Below the pieces are notes generated by a model. That model saw only the letters and a program-made list of their open reading frames with translations. It made no database searches and was not told the origin of the DNA. A program made the translations under genes and the position numbers. From an uncultured Trueperaceae bacterium (lineage in GTDB: Bacteria; Deinococcota; Deinococci; Deinococcales; Trueperaceae): a stretch of DNA of 64,000 bases. The stretch is taken from positions 32,001 through 96,000 of the forward strand of contig CAWFFU010000009.1 in NCBI GenBank assembly GCA_963815215.1. The letters run 5' to 3'. Shown piece by piece: positions 1 through 13,565 of the stretch (its first letter is position 1; each line of letters starts with the position of its first letter).

Positions 1-88
1 GTGTCGGTCGACGCGGGCGGCGCTTCGGCGCCGTCGCCGGCGATCGGCACGTTCGAGCGGCAGCCACCAGCTCTGGAAGGAGGTGCCC

Positions 89-436
89 ATGTCCGAAGCA
101 AACTACGACCTGAACGTCATCCTGGACCCGAATCTGAGCGAACCGCAGCTCCAGACCGAGAAGGATGCCGTCACGGCTCAGGTGGAACGCGCCGAAGGTG
201 AGATCGTGGCGTTGGACGAGTGGGGCAATCGTCGCCTCGCCTATCCGATCCGCAAGCTCAACGAGGGCTACTACCTGATCTACCGCCTACGCCTATCGAG
301 TGAGACGCCGAAGGCGATCGAAGCCGCCCTGCGCCAGCGTGATAACGTGATGCGCGTACTGGTGGTCAAGGACCGTCCCGAGTGGAAGACCCGCAAGGAG
401 TCGCGGGAGAAGGTGGTGGCCGAGGCCGGCGCCTAG
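89..436 (+). CDS. rpsF: 30S ribosomal protein S6
   Basis: WGNRRLAYPIRKLNEGYY motif; GGAGG SD before ATG 89; first gene of the rpsF-ssb-rpsR-rplI operon. Confidence 0.97.
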   Translation: MSEANYDLNVILDPNLSEPQLQTEKDAVTAQVERAEGEIVALDEWGNRRLAYPIRKLNEGYYLIYRLRLSSETPKAIEAALRQRDNVMRVLVVKDRPEWKTRKESREKVVAEAGA

Positions 437-477
437 CCGGCAGCGTGCCCCGTCTTCCTTGAGCCGAGGAGAGTTCC

Positions 478-1299
478 ATGGCACGAGGCCTGAACAACGT
501 GTACCTGGCCGGCACCCTGACGCAGGCGCCCGAGTTGCGCTATACGCCTGGGGGACTGGCCATCCTGGAGCTCAGCCTGGCAGGGAACGATCACGTCCTC
601 GGTGACGACGAGAAGATGCGCGAGCTGGCCTGGTACCACCGGGTCACCGTGTTCGGCGCTCAGGGCGAGTCCCTGGTGAACCAGCTCGAGGCCGGCATGC
701 CCGTGTTCGTGGAGGGCCGGCTCAACTACCGCAGCTGGGAGTCGCAGGACGGGCAGCGCCGCGCGGCGCTCGACGTCGTGGCGCAGCGTGTCGAGGTGCT
801 GACCGTCGGCGCGCGGGGCGGCGAGGCCACCGTGACCGACGCCAAAGGGCAGCATCGCCTGCGGAACGCGCTCAACGAGGTGCTGGTCATCGGCAACCTC
901 ACGCGCGACGCGGAGCTGCGCTACACGCCCAGCGGCAGCGCCGTCACGCGCTTCAGCGTGGCCGTCAACGAACGCTTTCGCGATCGCAGCGGCAACGACC
1001 AGGAGCGCACGCATTACGTCGACGTGAACGTCTGGCGCGAGCTGGCCGAAGGCACCGCGGAGCTCTCCAAGGGAGACCCGGTGTTCGTGTCCGGCCGCCT
1101 CGTCAACGACTCATGGACGGACAAGGACGGAAATCGGCGGTTCACGACGCGCTTGGAAGGCTCGCGCGTCGAGTTCCTGACCCGCGGTCCCGGTAGTGGT
1201 GGAGCCGGGACCCGCCCCGAGAAGGTGTCTCAGGGTGCCCAGGCGAGTCAGCTTGACATCGATGAAGAGTTCCCACCGGAAGAGGATCTGCCTTTCTAG
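478..1299 (+). CDS. ssb: Single-stranded DNA-binding protein with two tandem OB folds (Deinococcus-Thermus type)
   Basis: Two repeats (LNNVYLAGTL..ELRYTPGG and LNEVLVIGNL..ELRYTPSG); acidic tail EEDLPF. Confidence 0.97.
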   Translation: MARGLNNVYLAGTLTQAPELRYTPGGLAILELSLAGNDHVLGDDEKMRELAWYHRVTVFGAQGESLVNQLEAGMPVFVEGRLNYRSWESQDGQRRAALDVVAQRVEVLTVGARGGEATVTDAKGQHRLRNALNEVLVIGNLTRDAELRYTPSGSAVTRFSVAVNERFRDRSGNDQERTHYVDVNVWRELAEGTAELSKGDPVFVSGRLVNDSWTDKDGNRRFTTRLEGSRVEFLTRGPGSGGAGTRPEKVSQGAQASQLDIDEEFPPEEDLPF

Positions 1300-1575
1300 A
1301 TGCCACGAGAACGGGATTCGAAAGAGCGTCGCCGTCGCGGCGGCGGACGCCGCGGCCGTAGGCCGAAGGTCTGTGCTTTCTGCACGGGCGAAGCAGAGAT
1401 CATGGACTACCACGACGGAAGGATGTTGCGGCGCTTCATCAGCGACACCGCCAAGATCCTGCCCCGTCGTCGCACGGGCACGTGCGCCAAGCACCAGCGT
1501 AGGCTCGCAACCACCATCAAGCGTGCTCGCTCACTCGCCATCATCCCGATTACGGAGAAGTTGGTGCGGAAGTGA
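1300..1575 (+). CDS. rpsR: 30S ribosomal protein S18, zinc-ligand (C+) form
   Basis: KILPRRRTGTCAKHQRRLA..IKRAR motif; CAFC near the N-terminus. Confidence 0.97.
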   Translation: MPRERDSKERRRRGGGRRGRRPKVCAFCTGEAEIMDYHDGRMLRRFISDTAKILPRRRTGTCAKHQRRLATTIKRARSLAIIPITEKLVRK

Positions 1576-2021
1576 ACGTCATCCTGCTCGAACCCGTCGA
1601 CGGCCTCGGTGAGGCCGGCGAGGTCGTGCGGGTGCGCCCCGGGTACGCCCGCAACTTCCTGGTGCCACAGGGGCTGGCCCTGCCGGCCACCGAGGCCAAC
1701 CGTGCGGAGCTCCAGGCGCGGCTGGCGCAGCGTGCCCGCGTCCTTGCCGAGCGCAAGGGCGACGCCGAACGCCTGCAGGAGATGCTCGGCGAGGCGACCC
1801 TCGAGATCAGCGTGAGGGCCGGCGAGGAACGCATCTACGGCTCGGTCGGCAACAAGGACATCGCGCAGGCGCTCAAGGCCGCCTACGACGTCGTGATCGA
1901 CCGCCGCAAGATCGTGCTGCAGGAGCCGATCAAGACGCTCGGCGAGTACGTCGTTCCCTACCGCCCCCACCCCGACGTCACCATCGACCTGAAGGTCGTG
2001 GTGCGCGCCGACGAGGCCTAG
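1572..2021 (+). CDS. rplI: 50S ribosomal protein L9
   Basis: VILLEPVDGLG..V.VRPGYARNFLVP; IYGSV; GTGA overlap with rpsR. Confidence 0.97.
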   Translation: MNVILLEPVDGLGEAGEVVRVRPGYARNFLVPQGLALPATEANRAELQARLAQRARVLAERKGDAERLQEMLGEATLEISVRAGEERIYGSVGNKDIAQALKAAYDVVIDRRKIVLQEPIKTLGEYVVPYRPHPDVTIDLKVVVRADEA

Positions 2022-2080
2022 CCCAGGGCCAGGGCACGACCCGCGGCCCCCGGCACCCGCCGGCGGGCCCACGCTCGATC

Positions 2081-2127
2081 ACGACGCGGCCGGCAGGCTC
2101 CGGAGAGGAGCCTGCCGGCCGCGTCGT
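2081..2127. terminator. Perfect 21-bp hairpin between convergent rplI and pyk, probable bidirectional terminator
   Basis: acgacgcggccggcaggctcc-ggaga-ggagcctgccggccgcgtcgt; no U-tract on either side. Confidence 0.75.
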
Positions 2128-2144
2128 CGTGTCGGGAACGGTGC

Positions 2145-4954
<2,810 letters not shown>

Positions 4955-6052
4955 TCAGCCGGTCCGCAGGGGTACGACCATCGCCAGGTAGCTGGGGTCG
5001 CCGAGATCCGCGACCACGCTGGGTGCGGACGTGGGGCCGCCTCCGGAGAACGACAGCCGGACGTCGCCGGTCGCGGGCCCGAGGGCATCGACCAGGTACT
5101 TGGCGTTGTAAGCGAGGGCGATCTCGGGGTCCGTGCCCTCCTGCAGGACATCGATGGACTCCTGGGAACGCCCGTACGTCCCCTCGGCGGTGATCTGCAG
5201 CACCCCGTCGCGAACGAACAGGTCGACGCGGTTGTTGGCCGTCTTGTCGGCCATCAGCGCCACGCGCGACACCGCTTCGGCAAGCTTGGGCGCGTCCAGG
5301 GTGATCGATACCGGGAAGGTCTTGGGGATGATCCGCTCGTAATCGGGGAACGTACCGTCCATGAGCTTCAGGTTGAGGCTGAAGCTGCCGCTCTGAACGC
5401 TGAGCTGGCCCTCGGACAGGCCGAGGCGGGACTCCCCCTCGTCCAGGATCCGGGTGAGCTCGTCGACGCTGCGGCCGGGCACGACCACGTCGCCCTCCAG
5501 ACCGGTCGCGGCATCGAGATGGTAGTAGGCCAGGCGGAACCCGTCGGTCGCGACCGCCCGCGTCGTCGTCGGCCCCAGCTCCAGCTTGACGCCGCGGAAC
5601 ACCGCCTGGTAGTCCGCCACCGCCGCCGCATAGCGCACGCTTCCCAGGGCCTTGACGAGTTGGGCCGCGTCGAGCGCGCCTGTGAGGTGGTCGGAGAAGA
5701 CGAGTTGCGGTGCCGATGAAGGCGCCATCAGCTGGAGCTTGGTGGCGAAGGTCCCCGAGGACAGATCGAGCTCCTTGTCGCCGAACTCCAACTCGACCAG
5801 ATCGTCAGGGAGGGCACGGACCACCTGGCTGAAGACGTGCGCGGGGAGGGCATAACTGCCCTCGCCCTGGGCGTCGGCCGCGAAACGTGCGCGGATGTCG
5901 ACATCCATGTTGCTGCCGCTGAGTTCGATGCCGTCCTCGCTGGTGTCGATACGGAGCAGGCTCAGCCCGGGGTTGCTGCTTCGGCTCGGGATGATCCTCT
6001 CGACGTGGGCAAGCGTGTCGGCCAGGGTCTTCTTGGGAACGTGAACTTTCAT
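4955..6052 (-). CDS. dnaN: DNA polymerase III beta sliding clamp
   Basis: ATDGFRLA, GTFPDYERIIP, C-terminal MVVPLR; start at MKVHVPKK; lies downstream of dnaA. Confidence 0.96.
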   Translation of the reverse strand: MKVHVPKKTLADTLAHVERIIPSRSSNPGLSLLRIDTSEDGIELSGSNMDVDIRARFAADAQGEGSYALPAHVFSQVVRALPDDLVELEFGDKELDLSSGTFATKLQLMAPSSAPQLVFSDHLTGALDAAQLVKALGSVRYAAAVADYQAVFRGVKLELGPTTTRAVATDGFRLAYYHLDAATGLEGDVVVPGRSVDELTRILDEGESRLGLSEGQLSVQSGSFSLNLKLMDGTFPDYERIIPKTFPVSITLDAPKLAEAVSRVALMADKTANNRVDLFVRDGVLQITAEGTYGRSQESIDVLQEGTDPEIALAYNAKYLVDALGPATGDVRLSFSGGGPTSAPSVVADLGDPSYLAMVVPLRTG

Positions 6053-6189
6053 GCGTATCTCCCGTACGGCATTGTCTACGAGCATACCCGATAGGAACGC
6101 TGAACAACGCGTTCCGAGTGCCTTCTCGAGGCTTGTGATCGGAGCGAGGGAACCTCGGCAAGAGACGGGGGTGAGGGTGTTCTCCCAGG

Positions 6190-6420
6190 GAGAGTGGAAC
6201 CCCCTATAACCGTAGGGGCTGTGGAAACTGTGGAGAAGTGTAGGGAGCCCCGACGGCAACGTGATGGCGGCTGTGGAGGGTTCTGTGGATAAGGCGATGT
6301 GCGCTGTGGACAACACTTCTGATACTCCACAGGTATCCACAGGGCGAACGGGCGGTGAGGTTGTGCACAGGTTCGTCCACAGCCTGTCCACACGTTATCC
6401 ACAGACTTGTCCACAGGTGC
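6190..6420. other. oriC: Replication origin oriC, cluster of about 12 DnaA boxes
   Basis: Perfect TGTGGATAA 6284-6292 and TTATCCACA 6395-6403; degenerate boxes starting at 6220, 6229, 6272, 6305, 6323, 6333, 6361, 6373, 6384, 6407; dnaA-dnaN intergenic position. Confidence 0.93.
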
Positions 6421-6449
6421 CGGGGCCGGTCGGGCGGACCGCCCGACGC

Positions 6450-7784
6450 TCACATCAGGCTGGCTTTGAGGTCGCGGACGGTGCTCGCGAGCACCTTGTC
6501 GGACTGGATCTGGTCGCCCACCTTCTGGACCGCGTACATCACGGTCGAGTGATCGCGACCCGAGAAGTACTGCCCGATCTCCGGATAGGAGTGGGGCGTC
6601 AACTCGCGGATCAGGTACATGGCGATCTGACGCGGTACGACCAGCTCCTGGCGCCGCCCTTTGCCGCGCACGTCGACCGTGTCGACTTCGAAGCGTTCGG
6701 CCGTCACCCGCAGGATGTCGGCCATGGTCAGGCTCAACTCGCCGGGAGCGAACACGTCCGAGAGCGCCTTGGCGACCGTCTGCTGATCGAGGGTCGCCTG
6801 GTTCATCGAGGCGAACACGATGGCGCGCACCAGCGCGCCTTCCAGCTCACGGATGTTCGAAGTGACGTGGCGAGCGATGTAGTCGAGGACCTCCGAGGGG
6901 ACCTTGACGCCGCGATACTCGGCGTTCATCCTCAGGATCGCGATGCGTGTCTCCAACTCGGGGGCCTGGATGTCGGTGATCAGGCCCCACTCGAAGCGGC
7001 TGCGCAACCGCTTCTCGAGGGTGGGGATGTCCTTCGGGGGGCGGTCGGACGACAGGATGATCTGTTTGCCGGACTCGTAGAGGGCGTTGAAGGTGTGGAA
7101 GAACTCCTCCTGCGTGCGCTCCTTGCCGGCGATGAACTGGATGTCGTCGATGAGCAGGAGGTCGATGGTGCGGTAACGATCGCGGAAGGAGACCATGCGG
7201 TCCTCGCGGATCGCGTTGATCATCTCGTTGGTGAAGGCCTCCGTCGTCGCATACTCGATCACCAGGTTGGGATAGCGCTCGGTCACGGCGTGGCCCACCG
7301 CGTGCATGAGGTGGGTCTTGCCGAGGCCGGCGTCCCCGTACAGGAACAGCGGGTTGTAGGCGCGGCCCGGCGACTCGGCGACGGCCAGGGCGGCGGCGTG
7401 CGCCAGGTTGTTGTTGGGGCCCACCACGAAGTTGGAGAACACGTACTTGGGATTGAGGCGGGGCTTGGGGGCGGGCACCGCCGGCCCCGACTCCTGGTGT
7501 GTGCTGAACATGTCCTGCTGCTCGATGGTCTGGAACGGGACGACCTGGAAGGCCACGCGCGGCGTGTCCGCGCCGAGGTCGGTGAGGGCCCGCTCGATGA
7601 CCTCGGCATAGTGTCCCTTGAGCCAGTCGCGGGCGAAGGAGTGCGGCACACCGACCAGGAAGGCGCCGTTCTCGAAGCCGAGCGGCTTCACCTGGCGGAA
7701 CCAGGTGCGGAACTCGACCTCCGGGATCTCTTCCCGGAGCGCCTCGAGGATGTCCTCCCAGATCGCTTCGTCGCGGCTCAGCAT
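6450..7784 (-). CDS. dnaA: Chromosomal replication initiator DnaA
   Basis: [52 protein letters not shown]; start assigned at MLSRDEAIW. Confidence 0.98.
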   Translation of the reverse strand: MLSRDEAIWEDILEALREEIPEVEFRTWFRQVKPLGFENGAFLVGVPHSFARDWLKGHYAEVIERALTDLGADTPRVAFQVVPFQTIEQQDMFSTHQESGPAVPAPKPRLNPKYVFSNFVVGPNNNLAHAAALAVAESPGRAYNPLFLYGDAGLGKTHLMHAVGHAVTERYPNLVIEYATTEAFTNEMINAIREDRMVSFRDRYRTIDLLLIDDIQFIAGKERTQEEFFHTFNALYESGKQIILSSDRPPKDIPTLEKRLRSRFEWGLITDIQAPELETRIAILRMNAEYRGVKVPSEVLDYIARHVTSNIRELEGALVRAIVFASMNQATLDQQTVAKALSDVFAPGELSLTMADILRVTAERFEVDTVDVRGKGRRQELVVPRQIAMYLIRELTPHSYPEIGQYFSGRDHSTVMYAVQKVGDQIQSDKVLASTVRDLKASLM

Positions 7785-8250
7785 TCCAGCGGTGGTCCTC
7801 TCGCCCGCCGCAACGGCGGGCCGGGTCGCATACTTGGTGAGACGCGCACGGCCGGGGAGGCCTAGGTCGGGATGGTCCCGGCTGGCACGGCGTATCGGGC
7901 GCCGGGGATGACCCTGGCGCGGGCCGCGCCGAACGGCTCCGAGGCCGGTCCGGTGCGGCGGTTCAGGGACGCAGTCTAGCAGAACCCGGCGGGCGGTCCG
8001 GGGGGTGGTTGGAGGCGCCGCCGGCAGGGCGTGACGAACGGTGCGGAGGCTGCGGCGGAGGCGCCGGAGGCATTCGGGTAGCGGGGCGGATCGGGGGGCG
8101 GACGCTGCTCGGACGGGGCGGGTTGCGGAGGCTAGGTGTGGGGCGCATGCGGCGGGGTAGGCTGCCGGGGTAGAGGAGGGAGGCTCGCGAGGCGCGGCCC
8201 GCGCCCCCTCGGGACGGACAGGGAAGGACCGACAGGGAAGGGTGGAAGGC

Positions 8251-10068
8251 ATGCAGTTCGACGTGATTGTCGTCGGCGGCGGTCACGCCGGGATCGAGGC
8301 CAGCGTCGCGGCCGCGAGACTGGGAGCGCGCACGGCGTTGGTGCTGCCGAACCCGGACACGATCGGCGTGATGCCGTGCAATCCGGCCATCGGCGGTCCC
8401 GGCAAGTCGCAGCTGGTGTTCGAGATCGTGGCGCTCGGCGGGGTGATGGGGCAGCTCGCCGACGAGACGGCCATCCACGCCCGCACGTTGAACGCGAGCA
8501 AGGGTCCGGCGGTGCAATCGCTGCGCGTGCAGAACGAACGTGACGGGTACGCCGTGGCGGCGCGCGCGCTGGTGGAGTCGACGACCGGTGTGGAGATCGT
8601 CCGGGCCGAGGTGGCATCGCTGACGGTGGAGGACGGGGCGGTGGTGGGGGTCGAGACCACCGATGGCCGCAGACTGCGGGCCCCGAGCGTGGTGCTGTGC
8701 ACCGGCACCTTCCTCGCCGGCGTGGTCTGGTACGGCAAGCAACAGCGGCCGGCGGGGCGCCAGGGGGAGGCTCCGGCGCGGCACTTGTCCGCCAGCCTGC
8801 GGGCGAGCGGGCACGAGCTGATGCGCTTCAAGACCGGCACGCCGCCGCGCATCCGCGCCGACTCGGTCGACCTGGGCGCGCTGCAGGAGGTCCCCCCCGA
8901 CGACCCGCCGCGGAGCTTCACGGGCACGGCCGGGCCCAGGGTCCGGCACTCGCCCACCTGGCTGACGCGCACCACTGCGCGCACGCACGAGCTCATCAAC
9001 GCCAACCTTCAGGCCTCGGCCATGTACGGCGGGGAGATCGAGGGGCGGGGACCGCGCTACTGCCCGTCGATCGAGGACAAGGTCGTGCGCTTCGGCGACC
9101 GCGATCATCACCTGCTGTTCGTCGAGCCGGACGGCGTGAACACCAGCGAGCTCTACCTGCAGGGGTTCTCGAGCTCGATGCCGCCCGTGTTGCAGGACGA
9201 CATGATCCGTACCTTGCCGGGCTTCGAGCGCGCCGTGATCCAACGCTACGCCTACGCGGTCGAGTACGACGCGCTCGACCCCACGCAGTTGGCGGTCACC
9301 ATGATGTCGCGCCGTCTGCCCGGGCTGTTCAGCGCGGGGCAGATCAACGGCACCAGCGGCTACGAGGAGGCGGCGGCGCAGGGTTTGGTCGCGGGCGTCA
9401 ACGCGGCGCGGTTCGCGGCCGGCGCGGAGTTGGTGACCGTCCGGAGGGACGAGGGCTACATCGGGGTGCTGCTCGACGATCTGGTGAGGTGGGGAGTCGA
9501 TGAGCCGTACCGGATGTTGACGTCGCGGAACGAGTTCCGATTGCTGCATCGACAGGACAACGCGGCCGAGCGGTTGAGCGCGAAGGGTCATCGCTGGGGC
9601 CTGGTGGACGAGCGGCGGCTGGCCGCCGTGCGGGCCAGCGTGGCGCGGGTCGAGCGGGAGGCGGCCCGGCTGGGCTCGGTTCGCCATCAGGGGGATCCCG
9701 GCACCAAGATCCTGTGCCGGCCGGGCATGGATCATGCCGCGGTGACGGCCTTGGTGGGGGCGCCGGACGAGCCGCTCGACCGGGACGAGGTCGAGCGGGT
9801 GGAGATCGTGGTCAGGTACGCCTCGTACATCGAGCGTTCCAAGAAGCACCTCGACGAGCGGAGTGAGTACGAGGGGCTGAGCCTGGCGGGGGTCGACTTC
9901 GAAGGGGTCGCGAGCCTGTCAACCGAGGGGCGCGAGGTGCTGCAACGCGGGGCGCCGCACACGCTGGGCGCGGCGCAACGTCTGCGCGGCGTGCGCGATA
10001 GCGACGTGACGGCTCTCCTGGTGCACATGAAGACGCGCGGTGTTTCACGTGAAACTGTCGCCACCTGA
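8251..10068 (+). CDS. mnmG: tRNA uridine-5-carboxymethylaminomethyl modification enzyme MnmG (GidA)
   Basis: [56 protein letters not shown]. Confidence 0.97.
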   Translation: MQFDVIVVGGGHAGIEASVAAARLGARTALVLPNPDTIGVMPCNPAIGGPGKSQLVFEIVALGGVMGQLADETAIHARTLNASKGPAVQSLRVQNERDGYAVAARALVESTTGVEIVRAEVASLTVEDGAVVGVETTDGRRLRAPSVVLCTGTFLAGVVWYGKQQRPAGRQGEAPARHLSASLRASGHELMRFKTGTPPRIRADSVDLGALQEVPPDDPPRSFTGTAGPRVRHSPTWLTRTTARTHELINANLQASAMYGGEIEGRGPRYCPSIEDKVVRFGDRDHHLLFVEPDGVNTSELYLQGFSSSMPPVLQDDMIRTLPGFERAVIQRYAYAVEYDALDPTQLAVTMMSRRLPGLFSAGQINGTSGYEEAAAQGLVAGVNAARFAAGAELVTVRRDEGYIGVLLDDLVRWGVDEPYRMLTSRNEFRLLHRQDNAAERLSAKGHRWGLVDERRLAAVRASVARVEREAARLGSVRHQGDPGTKILCRPGMDHAAVTALVGAPDEPLDRDEVERVEIVVRYASYIERSKKHLDERSEYEGLSLAGVDFEGVASLSTEGREVLQRGAPHTLGAAQRLRGVRDSDVTALLVHMKTRGVSRETVAT

Positions 10069-10654
10069 AGCGCTCGGCCGATACCGGGCGCTACTCGACC
10101 GCTACCACCGGACCCTCGACCTGGTCTCGGACCGCGGCCTGGGCGATCTCGACCGGCTCCTGGCCGAGGCGGACCGGTACGCCGACGTGGTGGGGCGGGT
10201 TGCGCCGGACGCGCGCACGTTACTGGACGTGGGGTCGGGGGCCGGGTTGCCGGGCGTGGTGTTGGGCGTGAGGCTCTCGGGAGTACGGGTGGTGTTGAGT
10301 GAGCGGCGGCGCAAACGCGCGGCCTTCCTGACGCTGGTCTGCGCGCAACTCGGGCTCGACAACGTCGAGGTGGTGCAGGGGGACGTGACGGAGCTGGTGG
10401 GGCTCGATGCGGAGGTGGTGGTGGCGCAGGCCGTCGGCACGTTCGAGGAGGTGGCCTGGCTCACACGGCGGGCGAGGCGTGTCGGCTCGGTGTTGCTCAG
10501 CCGCAAGGGTCCGAGCTGGCGTGACGAGGTGGCGGCGGTCGAGGCCGCTGTTGGCGCGGCCGTGACCGTGGTGGCCGAGGAGCCTCTCGGACACCGTGGT
10601 ACCCTCGTCGCACTGCGCTTCGCAGGAGGAACGGCTTGCCCATCATCGGTGTGA
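10040..10654 (+). CDS. rsmG: 16S rRNA m7G527 methyltransferase RsmG (GidB)
   Basis: [15 protein letters not shown] motif, E.RRKRAAFL; lies between mnmG and parA; start GTG 10040 or 10049. Confidence 0.92.
   Translation: MFHVKLSPPEALGRYRALLDRYHRTLDLVSDRGLGDLDRLLAEADRYADVVGRVAPDARTLLDVGSGAGLPGVVLGVRLSGVRVVLSERRRKRAAFLTLVCAQLGLDNVEVVQGDVTELVGLDAEVVVAQAVGTFEEVAWLTRRARRVGSVLLSRKGPSWRDEVAAVEAAVGAAVTVVAEEPLGHRGTLVALRFAGGTACPSSV
10041..10056. promoter_or_regulatory. parS: parS site 1, inside the mnmG/rsmG overlap
   Basis: TGTTTCACGTGAAACT, 15/16 match to TGTTTCACGTGAAACA. Confidence 0.9.
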
Positions 10655-11394
10655 TCAATCAGAAGGGCGGCGTGGGCAAGACCACGACGGCGGTGAACTT
10701 GTCCGCGGCCCTGGCGGAGCGGCGCCGGATCCTGCTCGTCGACCTCGATCCGCAAGCGAATGCCAGCAGCGGGGTCGGGATCCATCGTCCGTTGCGCACC
10801 GTGTACGACGTCTTGAGCGGGCGGGCGTCGGCGCGGCAGGCGGTGGTGCGGTCGCTGCAACCGAACCTGGCGGTGCTGCCGGCGTCGGCGGATCTGGCGG
10901 GTGCAGCCGTCGAGCTCGACGCGAGCGCCGACAACCTGCTGTTGCTTGCGCGCTCGTTGATCGGCGTGCGGCCGAACTTCGACTTCATCGTGCTGGATGC
11001 GCCGCCATCGATGGGAGCGCTGACGCTGAACGCGCTGGCGGCTGCCGATCACCTGATCATCCCGCTGCAGTGCGAGTACTATGCACTCGAGGGGATCGCG
11101 GGGATGATGGACACGGTGGAGCGCGTGCGGGGGTCGCTGAATCGCGAGCTGAGGATCTTGGGGATCCTGTTGACGATGTTCGACAGCCGCACGAAGCTGT
11201 CGCAGCAAGTGGAGGAGAACGTGCGGCGACACTTCCAGCGGGAGGTGTTCAGGACGGTGATCCCGCGCAGCGTACGGCTGGCCGAGGCGCCGTCGTACGG
11301 ACAGTCGGTGCTCGAGTACGCACCGATGTCGTCTGGCGCGCTGGCGTACCAGAGCCTCGCGGAGGAGGTCATCGATCGTGTCAGCCAAGGCTAG
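10636..11394 (+). CDS. parA: Chromosome partitioning ATPase ParA/Soj
   Basis: NQKGGVGKTTT, DLDPQANAS, PLQCEYYALEG, RLAEAPSYG. Confidence 0.96.
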   Translation: MPIIGVINQKGGVGKTTTAVNLSAALAERRRILLVDLDPQANASSGVGIHRPLRTVYDVLSGRASARQAVVRSLQPNLAVLPASADLAGAAVELDASADNLLLLARSLIGVRPNFDFIVLDAPPSMGALTLNALAAADHLIIPLQCEYYALEGIAGMMDTVERVRGSLNRELRILGILLTMFDSRTKLSQQVEENVRRHFQREVFRTVIPRSVRLAEAPSYGQSVLEYAPMSSGALAYQSLAEEVIDRVSQG

Positions 11395-12196
11395 GGGTCT
11401 GGGGCGGGGTCTGGATGCGTTGCTGCCCAAGGTGCAGGGCGGGGTTCAGCAGATCGCGGTGGAGCGGCTGGTGGCTTCACCGCATCAGCCGCGCAAACGG
11501 ATGGACGAGGCCGCGATCGCTGAGCTGGCGGCGTCGATCGCCGAGCGAGGGGTGCTGCAACCGATCCTGGTACGTCCCCGCGGCGACGACTTCGAGATCG
11601 TAGCCGGGGAGCGGCGGTTCCGGGCTGCGCAGCGCGCGGGGCTCGGGAGCATTCCGGCCGTCGTGCGCGAGCTCGACGACCGGGAGACGCTCGAGGTCGC
11701 GATCGTCGAGAACCTGCAACGTGAGGACCTGAATCCGGTCGAGGAAGCGCAGGCGTTCAAGCAGCTGATGGACTTCGGGCTGAATCAGGAGCAGGTGGGC
11801 CGCGCGGTGGGAAGGTCCCGCAGCGCCGTGGCCAACAGCCTGCGCCTGTTGACGCTGCCAGGGGAGGCGGTGGACGCGCTCGAGCGCGGCGACATCTCCG
11901 CGGGACACGGGCGGGCGGTGCTGGCGCAGGGTGAGGACGACCGACTGTGGGCCCTCGACCGGATCCTCTCGCGCGGGTTGTCGGTGCGGGAGGCGGAGGC
12001 GCTCAAGCGTCCGACGGGGGGCAGAGGTGCGCGCGGGAGCGGCGACGGTCGCTATGTCCGGCTCGAGGAGGATCTGAGTCGGCACGCCGGCACACAGGTG
12101 CGGATCCGCGGCGGCAAGCGCGGCCACATCGAGTTGCACTTCCACACCGAGGATGAGTTGACGCGTCTGTTGGAGTTGCTCGGCTACCAGGCGTAG
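11378..12196 (+). CDS. parB: Chromosome partitioning protein ParB/Spo0J
   Basis: [52 protein letters not shown]. Confidence 0.97.
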   Translation: MSAKARGLGRGLDALLPKVQGGVQQIAVERLVASPHQPRKRMDEAAIAELAASIAERGVLQPILVRPRGDDFEIVAGERRFRAAQRAGLGSIPAVVRELDDRETLEVAIVENLQREDLNPVEEAQAFKQLMDFGLNQEQVGRAVGRSRSAVANSLRLLTLPGEAVDALERGDISAGHGRAVLAQGEDDRLWALDRILSRGLSVREAEALKRPTGGRGARGSGDGRYVRLEEDLSRHAGTQVRIRGGKRGHIELHFHTEDELTRLLELLGYQA

Positions 12197-12226
12197 GCGG
12201 GGTCGAGCGCGCAGCAGCGCTGCAGA

Positions 12227-12242
12227 TGTTTCACGTGAAACG
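12227..12242. promoter_or_regulatory. parS: parS site 2, downstream of parB
   Basis: TGTTTCACGTGAAACG. Confidence 0.9.
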
Positions 12243-12456
12243 GGTGTACCGCCGAGTCCCTACAGGCTGTTCCTGGGGCTCGGGAGCCGTGTCGCTGGTG
12301 GTACCATGCCGACGGAGCCTGCGGGGTCCCCCCTCGCGCGGCGCCGGCGCCCTCCGGGCTCGCTGCGACCCTCGAAGTCGAGCTCGGGTGGGTGGCGCCC
12401 CACGGCGATGCCGGAACGGACCGCAGGCGAACGATGTGTTGATGCGAGGAGATCCT

Positions 12457-13434
12457 ATGAAGAACCCAGTTCGCGTAGCGGTGACCGGCGCGGCGGGACA
12501 GATCGGCTACGCGCTGCTGTTCCGTATCGCATCCGGCGAGATGTTGGGCAAGGACCAGCCCCTCATCCTTCAGTTGCTCGAGATCCCCCAGGCGATGAAG
12601 GCCCTGGAGGGCGTGGTGATGGAGCTCAACGACTGCGCCTTCCCGCTCGTGCGCGGTATCGAATCGTCCTACGATCCCAACGTGGCGTTCAAGGACGCCG
12701 ACTTCGCACTACTCGTGGGCTCGCGCCCCCGCGGCCCGGGCATGGAGCGCAAGGATCTCCTCGAGGCCAACGGCGCGATCTTCACGGTCCAGGGCAAGGC
12801 GTTGAGCGACCACGCGTCCCCCGACGTGAAGGTCCTGGTGGTCGGGAACCCGGCCAACACGAACTGCCTCATCGCGCTCAACAACGCACCCAAGCTGAAG
12901 CCCGAGCAGTTCACGGCCATGACCCGACTGGATCACAACCGGGCCATCAGCCAGCTCGCGGACAAGGCGGGAGCGCAGGTAGTCGACGTCGAGCGCATGA
13001 TCATCTGGGGCAACCACTCCGCCACGCAGGTTCCGGACGTGACCCACGCCACGGTGGGCGGACGTCCCGCCACGGAGCTGGTGGACGCGGATTGGGTCGC
13101 TGGGAGCTTCATCCCGACCGTTCAGAAGCGGGGCGCCGCCATCATCCAGGCGCGCGGAGCCTCGAGCGCCGCCTCGGCCGCCAACGCCGCGGTCGACCAT
13201 GTCCGCAGCTGGGCTCTCGGCACGCCCGAGGGTGACTGGGTGAGCATGGGCATCCCCAGCCGCGGCGACTACGGTGTGCCGGAGGGTTTGGTGTTCTCCT
13301 TCCCCGTGCGGGTCGCCGACGGCGCGATCGAGGTCGTCCAGGGCCTGGACATCCCCGAGCCCGTCCGTCAGCGTATGTCGGTCACGCAGACCGAGTTGGA
13401 GGAGGAGCGGGCGGCGATCCAGAGCCTGCTCTAG
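12457..13434 (+). CDS. mdh: Malate dehydrogenase (Thermus/cytosolic type)
   Basis: [55 protein letters not shown]. Confidence 0.97.
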   Translation: MKNPVRVAVTGAAGQIGYALLFRIASGEMLGKDQPLILQLLEIPQAMKALEGVVMELNDCAFPLVRGIESSYDPNVAFKDADFALLVGSRPRGPGMERKDLLEANGAIFTVQGKALSDHASPDVKVLVVGNPANTNCLIALNNAPKLKPEQFTAMTRLDHNRAISQLADKAGAQVVDVERMIIWGNHSATQVPDVTHATVGGRPATELVDADWVAGSFIPTVQKRGAAIIQARGASSAASAANAAVDHVRSWALGTPEGDWVSMGIPSRGDYGVPEGLVFSFPVRVADGAIEVVQGLDIPEPVRQRMSVTQTELEEERAAIQSLL

Positions 13435-13565
13435 GCCGGCGTTCGGGGTCGTTGGCGCGCTTCGTGCGTGCGCGACGGCCGTCCGGACGGTGGTGGTCCC
13501 GGGGCCGCGCGGTTGTCGAGCGCGGCCCCGGGTCGGTGCCGGGGGCGGGCCGCGACATCGGAAGA

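Noticed and set aside
300..478. RDRM (DdrO) radiation-response motif upstream of ssb
   Set aside because: No TTATG-N7-CGTAA-like palindrome could be found by eye
6053..6391. 113-aa N-terminal extension of DnaN in the ORF track
   Set aside because: It reads through the DnaA-box array; clamp similarity begins at MKVHVPKK (6052)
7963..9849. Long antisense or alternate-frame ORFs (also 36181-38397, 38357-40627, 44249-46567, 50179-52653 and many others)
   Set aside because: R/P/A/G-rich shadow frames of recognisable genes, expected from stop-codon scarcity at this GC content
12226..12456. MFHVK.. extension of Mdh
   Set aside because: It is a translation of the parS palindrome; the SD and conserved start are at 12457
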